Shown here: piece by piece, positions 52,717 to 59,110 of the stretch | How the letters are laid out: each line of letters begins with the position of its first letter | Numbering within the stretch: the stretch's first letter is position 1 | Origin: Myxococcota bacterium | GTDB taxonomy: Bacteria > Myxococcota_A > SURF-8 | Assembly: GCA_963674735.2 (NCBI GenBank) | Contig: CAXXQS010000001.1 | Coordinates: forward strand, 224,001-288,000 | Length of the DNA stretch: 64,000 nt | Direction of reading: 5' to 3' | Notes under the pieces: model-generated | Seen by the model: only the letters and a program-made list of their open reading frames with translations | What the model was told of the DNA's origin: nothing | The model's database searches: none | Translations under genes and position numbers: made by a program

Positions 52717-53253
52717 ATGAAAAATCTAAGACGGTTTTACATTGAAGGCGGCACATACTTCTTCACTGTCGTCACCAATAAACGCCGAAAATTACTGTGC
52801 AAACAGGAAACACGTCTTGCGTTGCGGACTGCCGTAAACGATGTCCGTTCAGCGCACCCGTTTAATGTCGTTGCATGGGTGTTGTTGCCGGACCATTTGC
52901 ATTGCATCTGGACCCTGCCATCGGATGACGCCGATTTTTCAATTCGCTGGAGCTTAATCAAACGAAGGGTTTCTTATCAATTGAGAGACATATTCGATAT
53001 TCGCTCGGATCGAACAGTGAAACAAGTGAGAAGACGTGAAGCCGGATTCTGGCAACACAGGTTTTGGGAACATGCAATAAAAGACGAAAATGATTTGATT
53101 CGTCATTTTGATTATATCCACTTTAATCCGGTGAAACATGGTTTAGTTGAAAACCCGACCGACTGGGAGTGGTCAACCTTCCACAAATACTTTCGAGTGG
53201 GATATTATAATGTAGCGAGAATGCCGGTAGATGAAGATATTGACGGAGAATGA
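52717..53253 (+). CDS. rayT: REP-associated tyrosine transposase (RAYT/TnpA-REP, YafM-like)
   Basis: GGTYFFTV, WVLLPDHLHCIW (HUH), WQHRFWEHAI, DYIHFNPVKHG, WEWST; flanked by inverted GTAG REPs; visibly more AT-rich than its neighbours. Confidence 0.95.
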   Translation: MKNLRRFYIEGGTYFFTVVTNKRRKLLCKQETRLALRTAVNDVRSAHPFNVVAWVLLPDHLHCIWTLPSDDADFSIRWSLIKRRVSYQLRDIFDIRSDRTVKQVRRREAGFWQHRFWEHAIKDENDLIRHFDYIHFNPVKHGLVENPTDWEWSTFHKYFRVGYYNVARMPVDEDIDGE

Positions 53254-53406
53254 CTCTTGTTTTTGTCGGACAGAAAATCTGTCCGACCTACCATAGCTTT
53301 CGAGTGGGATATTATAATGTAGCGAGAATGCCGGTAGATGAAGATATTGACGGAGAATGACTCTTGTTTTTGTCGGACAGAAAATCTGTCCGACCTACCA
53401 TAGCTT
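53190..53406. repeat. 107-bp direct tandem duplication covering the RAYT 3' end and right REP
   Basis: 53190-53296 is repeated at 53297-53403; REP copies at 53265-53291 and 53372-53398 are exact reverse complements of the left REP. Confidence 0.93.
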
Positions 53407-53460
53407 GCCCGTGTTCGAAGATCCTGAACATGGGCAAGCTGCGCTTCGTCCATGCCGCCC
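53402..53460. repeat. Truncated REP-like doublet related to the MITE cargo
   Basis: AGCTTGCCCGTGTTC..GAACATGGGCAAGCT inverted repeat; the minus strand reads GGGCGGCATGGACGAAGC..GCTTGCCCATG. Confidence 0.6.
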
Positions 53461-53535
53461 ATCCAATATTCAACGATCAGGGCTTGTCACGGCCACTTTC
53501 GATGCGCCTGGCTTGAAGCTGCGAACGAATCCCGC

Positions 53536-53937
53536 TCAGCCTTCGAGAACGACCGTCTGAACTTCGATTTCGGGCGGGTTTTCGATGGTTTTTTTCACCA
53601 TGCACTGATTGGCGGCGCGCAGGACGGCGTCGCGATACTTCGCGGGGAAGTCCGGCGGCAACACGATATCGACTTCGATGGTGTCGACGTAGCCGGTCAT
53701 ATCCGGGATAACGCGTTCCTTGATTTTGATGTTTTCTACGGGAATATCGCGGCTCATACAGAATTTGGCCACGTAATAACCGGCGCAGGCTCCCACCGAA
53801 GCCAGGAAATATTGAAACGGATCGGGGGCGGTGTCGTCGCCGCCTTCTTCGGGCTTTTGGTCGGTTTTGATTTCGAATCCGGCGATGGTCGCGTTCACTT
53901 GCAGCCGTCCGGCGAGTTCCACATCGATTTCCAACAT
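53536..53937 (-). CDS. OsmC-like protein
   Basis: TDQKPEEGGDDTAPDPF, LASVGAC, AANQCMVK; AAGGA before ATG 53937. Confidence 0.9.
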   Translation of the reverse strand: MLEIDVELAGRLQVNATIAGFEIKTDQKPEEGGDDTAPDPFQYFLASVGACAGYYVAKFCMSRDIPVENIKIKERVIPDMTGYVDTIEVDIVLPPDFPAKYRDAVLRAANQCMVKKTIENPPEIEVQTVVLEG

Positions 53938-54118
53938 AGGTATTCCTTTATGGCAGGCGTTGTTCGGGGTTGGTGCTCGTGCCGACGCCTCCACGGCACG
54001 TTGCATGTGACGCTCTCTATACTCTATTTCGGACGCTTTGTGAAGCGGCTTTAACAGCTTTTCAGGGGAGCGAGCGCTGAGAATGAAAGTGAGGCCAACC
54101 GACGGGTGATCGTTGTGA

Positions 54119-54291
54119 TACGGCATTTCAATTCTGATTGAGTCTCGAATGATGATGGGTGGCACGGGCGAAACCGACGGGTTTGCCCGTGAAAACAGCA
54201 TGGGCAAGCCAAAGGCTTGGCCCATGGCACCCCGTAAACCGAATTAGAGTTCGGTGGAAAACGGTGGAAAGCTTGGAATTGAAACGCTTTA
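54119..54291 (-). mobile_element. MITE copy 2, inverted orientation
   Basis: TACGGCATTTCAATTCT ... GGAATTGAAACGCTTTA; perfect 10-bp flanking repeat ATCGTTGTGA (54109-54118 / 54292-54301). Confidence 0.88.
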
Positions 54292-54420
54292 ATCGTTGTG
54301 AAGTTTATGTTGATTTTAGTAAAGTTTAGTGATATTATATTAAATGTTATATATTGAAATGACTCTTTCGCCCCACCGCTGCGGGACAAGCGTGACCGGC
54401 GGGGCGGGCAAACAAGGAGC

Positions 54421-54774
54421 ATGGCCATGTCACAACCCGAAACACAACCCAAGTCGGTGGTCGAGAGCTTTTTCGAGTCGAAGCCGGAATTGAAGGAATG
54501 GCGCGAGGTGCTGCAAGTGGATTTCAGCGACCTGGATGCCGGAGAGGATAACGTACGCAACCTGACCGGTATTTTGTGCGTGGTACTGGTGATGGTGGTG
54601 ATGGTGTTCGCCGGGACGGCCTGGTTCATTTCCGGTAACGTCAGCGAGCGCCGTCAGGCGGAACAGGAGAACCGGCGTTTCGACGCGGCCCTATCCGAAC
54701 ACCAGCCTGTGGCGGAAAGCGCAAATTGGTTGGCCGGGCTCGAAGCGCGCGCCGATACGCGCCAGGAGCGCTGA
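54421..54774 (+). CDS. Hypothetical single-TM protein
   Basis: AAGGAG RBS, one hydrophobic helix, AT-rich upstream region. Confidence 0.6.
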   Translation: MAMSQPETQPKSVVESFFESKPELKEWREVLQVDFSDLDAGEDNVRNLTGILCVVLVMVVMVFAGTAWFISGNVSERRQAEQENRRFDAALSEHQPVAESANWLAGLEARADTRQER

Positions 54775-54976
54775 CGATGATGACCTGGCTGATCTTTTTC
54801 GGGATTTACTTCTTTTTCCGCAGAAACATGTAGAGAATCGCCACAAACATTCCCGCCATGATGATCTCGATCATATGGGTGCGCAACAGCGTCATCATCG
54901 GTTTGAATCTCCCATCCTAAAGTGCCGTGAGCCGCCACTATAGCCCAAAGACTCGCGACAGGCAAGCGCCGTCAAC

Positions 54977-55157
54977 TAAGGCGTCAATTCTAAGCTTTTC
55001 AGCGTTTTCCACCCAGTATAATTCGGCCTACGGGGTGCCATGGGCCAAGCCTGTGGCTTGCCCATGCTGTTTTCACGGGCAAACCTGGCGGTTTCGCCCG
55101 TGCCACCCATCATGAATCGAAGATGATTCGAGACTCAATCAGAATTGAAATGCCCTA
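54977..55157 (+). mobile_element. MITE copy 3
   Basis: Degenerate left end TAAGGCGTCAATTCT, right end AGAATTGAAATGCCCTA; perfect 10-bp flanking repeat CGCCGTCAAC (54967-54976 / 55158-55167). Confidence 0.88.
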
Positions 55158-55162
55158 CGCCG

Positions 55163-55960
55163 TCAACGCCGCCCGCGCGCCTTTGTGAAAAAGTCGAAAG
55201 ACATCCGGATTTGCGACGGCGTGAGGTTGTGTCCGGCACCGTTTATGATTTCATGCTGCACGGAAATCCCGAGTGCGTCGGCGGCATCCGTAAATATTCG
55301 CGCCCATTTTTTGCGGCTTTCGGAATCCTTGCTGCCGACGGTGACGAGGAATTGCGTTTGCGTGAAGGTTTCGGGCGCGGTGTAACCCCCTGCCGCGTGG
55401 GAGGCGGACGCGACGCACGATGAGGGATATAAAAGGGCGAAGCGGTGGGCGAATTGAGCGCCGGCCGAGAATCCGAACACCATGATGTGGTCGCGGTCGA
55501 TCGGTTCGCTGGCTGCCAGCCGGTCGAGAATCGCGTGTAAGGCGCGGCCGGACCAGGCCTGCGGGAATTGGTAGCTCACCCGGTCGCGAAAATTCTGATG
55601 GCTGCTTTTAAAACTGGGGGCGACGATGATATAGCCATGTTCAGACGCGAAGCGAGTGTAGGGCGCTTTCATGAATCGACGGCCATCGGCGTTGAACCCC
55701 CCCAGCAAAACGAGCGTCCAGGGCCGGGCGTCGGCTTGCAGAGCGGGGCGATAGACGTGATAGGTGAGTTCAGATTGATGGGGGTTGCTCGTCTCGATGG
55801 TGTCGCTCCAGATTTTTTCCGCGAGCGTGTTTGTTTCGTGTCCGTTTGCATCGGATTTCGGCGCATCGACGGTCGAGCGGCTGTTATCGGTTGCGTAATG
55901 GAGCGCGGCGGCAAAGAGAAGCAGGAAGCAGATCCCCTTCAGGGTAGGACTCAATTTCAT
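55163..55960 (-). CDS. Exported alpha/beta-hydrolase (esterase-like)
   Basis: N-terminal hydrophobic helix; GFSAGAQF nucleophile elbow, VGSKD, GAGH. Confidence 0.85.
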   Translation of the reverse strand: MKLSPTLKGICFLLLFAAALHYATDNSRSTVDAPKSDANGHETNTLAEKIWSDTIETSNPHQSELTYHVYRPALQADARPWTLVLLGGFNADGRRFMKAPYTRFASEHGYIIVAPSFKSSHQNFRDRVSYQFPQAWSGRALHAILDRLAASEPIDRDHIMVFGFSAGAQFAHRFALLYPSSCVASASHAAGGYTAPETFTQTQFLVTVGSKDSESRKKWARIFTDAADALGISVQHEIINGAGHNLTPSQIRMSFDFFTKARGRR

Positions 55961-56112
55961 TTCGACTCCCTTTTTGGTGTGAACCGACAACCCCTGTCAC
56001 ACGCAACAGCGGTATGAGTAAAACGATGCCCGGAATGAGCCGAATGATATCCTGTTCATGAAAAATAAGTCAAGAGGATCGTGAGGGTGGACGCCCGTTG
56101 CGTACTGAGCGC

Positions 56113-57012
56113 TCAGGATTCGTCGTGGTTTTTCAAAACGCCTTTGACGTACAGTTCCCCGGCGCGGTAGCTGCTGCGCACCAGCGGACCGGCCGCCACG
56201 TAATCGAAACCCAGCTCGCGTCCGAGTGCCTCCAGGCGCGCGAAGTCATCCGGACTGTAGTAGCGGTCCACCGCCAGGTGTTTCGGGGTGGGGCGTAAAT
56301 ACTGCCCCAGGGTGACGATATCCACTCCGACGGCTTTCAAATCTCGCAGCGACGCGACGATTTCATCGTCCGTCTCGCCCAGCCCCAGCATGAGAGACGA
56401 TTTGGTCAGGCGTGTGGGATCGAGTTGTTTGACCCGCCCGAGAAGGTCGAGCGAGCGGGCATAGGACGCGCGTCGGTCGCGGGTGAGCGGCGTCAGGCGT
56501 TCGACGCATTCGAGGTTGTGCGCCACCACGACCGGGCGTGCGTCGAGCAATGTTTGCAGGGCGGCTTCATCGCCGCCGAAATCCGGGATCAGCACTTCCA
56601 CGTGGGACGCGGGCAGCGCCGCGTGAATGGCGCGCACGGTGTCGGCGAAATGCCGCGCGCCGCCGTCGGGCAGATCGTCGCGATCCACCGAGGTGAGGAC
56701 GATGTAATCGAGTTCCAATTCGGCCACGCAGGCGGCCACGTGGCGCGGTTCGTCGGGATCGAGCACACCCTGGGGGTTGCCGGTCTTGACGGCGCAGAAA
56801 CGGCAGCCGCGAGTGCAGGTGTCGCCCATGATCATGATGGTGGCGGTGCCGCCGCCCCAGCATTCGGCCACGTTGGGGCAGTGGGCTTCTTCGCAAACGG
56901 TGTGCAGATCGAGTGTGTGCAGGCGCGATTTGACGAAGCGATAGCGTTCGCCGCCGGGGGGGCGGGACTTCAACCAGGCGGGTTTGGGAGCGCGGGGCGT
57001 ACGGATCGGCAC
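56113..57012 (-). CDS. lipA: Lipoyl synthase
   Basis: CEEAHCPNVAEC, CTRGCRFC, TSVDRDD, GQYLRP, GPLVRSSYRA. Confidence 0.97.
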   Translation of the reverse strand: MPIRTPRAPKPAWLKSRPPGGERYRFVKSRLHTLDLHTVCEEAHCPNVAECWGGGTATIMIMGDTCTRGCRFCAVKTGNPQGVLDPDEPRHVAACVAELELDYIVLTSVDRDDLPDGGARHFADTVRAIHAALPASHVEVLIPDFGGDEAALQTLLDARPVVVAHNLECVERLTPLTRDRRASYARSLDLLGRVKQLDPTRLTKSSLMLGLGETDDEIVASLRDLKAVGVDIVTLGQYLRPTPKHLAVDRYYSPDDFARLEALGRELGFDYVAAGPLVRSSYRAGELYVKGVLKNHDES

Positions 57013-57226
57013 GGGAACCTCCTGGGCGAATCGGTGGTCATCGAGGCAGTCCTAGCACGTCTCGCAGGTGGCGTCAATGCGTCTTCGGTTGTCGCGGCTG
57101 TCGGGGGGAGAAATCGTTTGGCTATCGCTTTCCAAGGCGTAGCACGTGGATGGGGTAGGCGAACCTCGACCCGTGGGAAACCTCACTGCAGGTAATGGGT
57201 GCAGCGGGAGAGCGCTTGAGGAGGAA

Positions 57227-57409
57227 TCAGAACTTCAATTCTTCGGGGGCGCCGTCTTTGTCGTACTTGGTGTCGAACGGATCGGCACAATGGGCGTACA
57301 ACTCGTCGTCCATCAGCTCTTCGAGGTTTTCGTAAAAACTTTTCACTCGCAGGTATTCCTCTTTTTCGAATTCGGCATAAGAAGAATATTTTTTCTTCGG
57401 ATTCGACAT
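57227..57409 (-). CDS. Small acidic hypothetical protein (60 aa)
   Basis: GGAGG RBS; MSNPKKKYSSYAEFEKEEYL...; 22 nt downstream of the RHH gene. Confidence 0.7.
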   Translation of the reverse strand: MSNPKKKYSSYAEFEKEEYLRVKSFYENLEELMDDELYAHCADPFDTKYDKDGAPEELKF

Positions 57410-57431
57410 GGCTTTCCCTCCCTGCTTTGGC

Positions 57432-57644
57432 CTATGCACCTACACGCCGAGTGCGGCGACGCTTGGTCGTCGCATAGGGCGTCCCCTCGAATTCTTTGCG
57501 ATATTTGGTCAATAAATCTTCCACGGCTTCCCGTAAATATTCACTTTGCGTGATGCGCGTATTGCGACTCAGTAGCTGCAGCATTTCCTTATGCCGACGG
57601 GGAATCACCACGTTGGTTGCCACGTTGTTCTGACGTTCTCGCAT
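57432..57644 (-). CDS. Ribbon-helix-helix DNA-binding protein
   Basis: VATNVVI strand, helix, then TRITQSEYLREAVEDLLTKY; GGAGG before ATG 57644. Confidence 0.85.
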   Translation of the reverse strand: MRERQNNVATNVVIPRRHKEMLQLLSRNTRITQSEYLREAVEDLLTKYRKEFEGTPYATTKRRRTRRVGA

Positions 57645-58135
57645 AGCGCCTCCGGACACGACCGGTGTTACATACACCATTACACAATATATAGCATAAC
57701 ATGACATAGCAAGATGATGTTGTTGATACCACCACAAACATGTATGAATGTCAAGCTAAAAATGAATTGAATGGAAATAAGCTTAGTGTTTGAAATCATG
57801 GAGAAAAATGAGGGAAGCTTCGGCGGGCGGGCGGGATGGCGAACGGGCTTTAACGACACGCGGATCGACGGGATGAAATCGCGGGGAACGGAAACGGATT
57901 GGCTGGGCGAAGGCCCGAGTCATGCCGAAAACGGCCGCGAAATAAACGTATAATAAAAACTACAAACGGCGATTGAGCGGCTAATGGGGGCGAATCGACG
58001 AGCGGGCGTGGGTGGCCTTGTCTATTCGGTGCGAGCGAGGACGTGCGAGGCACGAAATGTCGGTCGGGCCGGGTTTATCTGTGGTTTTTCCGAGGCAGGA
58101 TGGTTATCGCGAAAATTGCGACGGCAGCCCGCCCG

Positions 58136-58849
58136 CTAAAGGTCGTCGGGTGATTTGGGCTTGTTCTTCCCCGTGCTGGACGAGGATTTCTCGACCTGGA
58201 TATGCTGGTTGAGGATGGAGCCTTCGGCTTGCGGGTAGTGGTCGGGTTCGAGTCCGCTGAAATGAACGACCCGTTCACCTTCGGCGCTGATGAGCCGCGA
58301 GGCCTGGCCGCGCTGGGCGATCAGGTGCACGAGCAGGCGCGTGTAGCCGATGTAGTAGCGGTCGTTCCAGTGGATCGGCAGCCAGATCCAGGACGTGAAC
58401 AGGGTAGGGAATTGCAGAAAGATATTCGCCGCCAGTGCGCCGCCGTTCAGACGTTCGCGCACGACTTTTTCCTTGGCCCCGGTGGAGGCGATGGAGATCG
58501 TACAGCGGTAATCGGCCTTACGTGGGTCATCGGTTTTGTGGAAGATTCGGATGCCGGAACGGGCCATCTTGCCTTTGACCTGTGTGGCGATGTAGTTGTT
58601 GAGTTGATTGTCGGTGTGGGGAAACACGCCGTTGATGTCGCAGATGGCCGAGGCTCCCGACAGGTCGTCGAAATCAAGCCGGTCGACGGCCTGGTCGATG
58701 GCGCGGGCCAGCACATCCTGTTGGGTGGCGGACTGCACGCCGCTGTAGGCGGTGACCAGCGGCAGGGCCGTCCGGTTGCTGCTGCAGGCGGTAAGCCAGA
58801 TGAAGATCAAAACCGGAATGACGAGACGCAGTGTGCTTTGGAGCATCAT
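58136..58849 (-). CDS. Hypothetical lipoprotein
   Basis: Lipobox LTAC; SATQQDVLARAIDQAV segment. Confidence 0.65.
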   Translation of the reverse strand: MMLQSTLRLVIPVLIFIWLTACSSNRTALPLVTAYSGVQSATQQDVLARAIDQAVDRLDFDDLSGASAICDINGVFPHTDNQLNNYIATQVKGKMARSGIRIFHKTDDPRKADYRCTISIASTGAKEKVVRERLNGGALAANIFLQFPTLFTSWIWLPIHWNDRYYIGYTRLLVHLIAQRGQASRLISAEGERVVHFSGLEPDHYPQAEGSILNQHIQVEKSSSSTGKNKPKSPDDL

Positions 58850-59110
58850 CTTTTTCTCGTTTCTTGCTTGACGAAAGGTTTGTTTAACCTGGAAATCCTA
58901 TCCGAAGCGCCGTTCGGAGTCAAGTTCGCCTTTTCATCGAAAAATTAGGTTTTCAAATTCGAACGGGCGGAGTAAACTGAATCATATGGAACGAACAGAT
59001 GTTTGTGGCCGTGCCGAATGACTGGCCTGTGAAAACGAGGAGTGTCACGTTATCGTCCGGGGTGTGGCTGGAGTGCCGGGCCGGGGCATGAAGTTGGTAA
59101 GGAGTATGAG

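Noticed and set aside
53536-54225. 229-aa OsmC with N-terminal extension
   Set aside because: The extension reads through MITE copy 2; an RBS supports the start at 53937.
54119-55157. Composite transposon of MITE copies 2 and 3 around the small gene
   Set aside because: Each copy has its own distinct 10-bp duplication, so they inserted independently.
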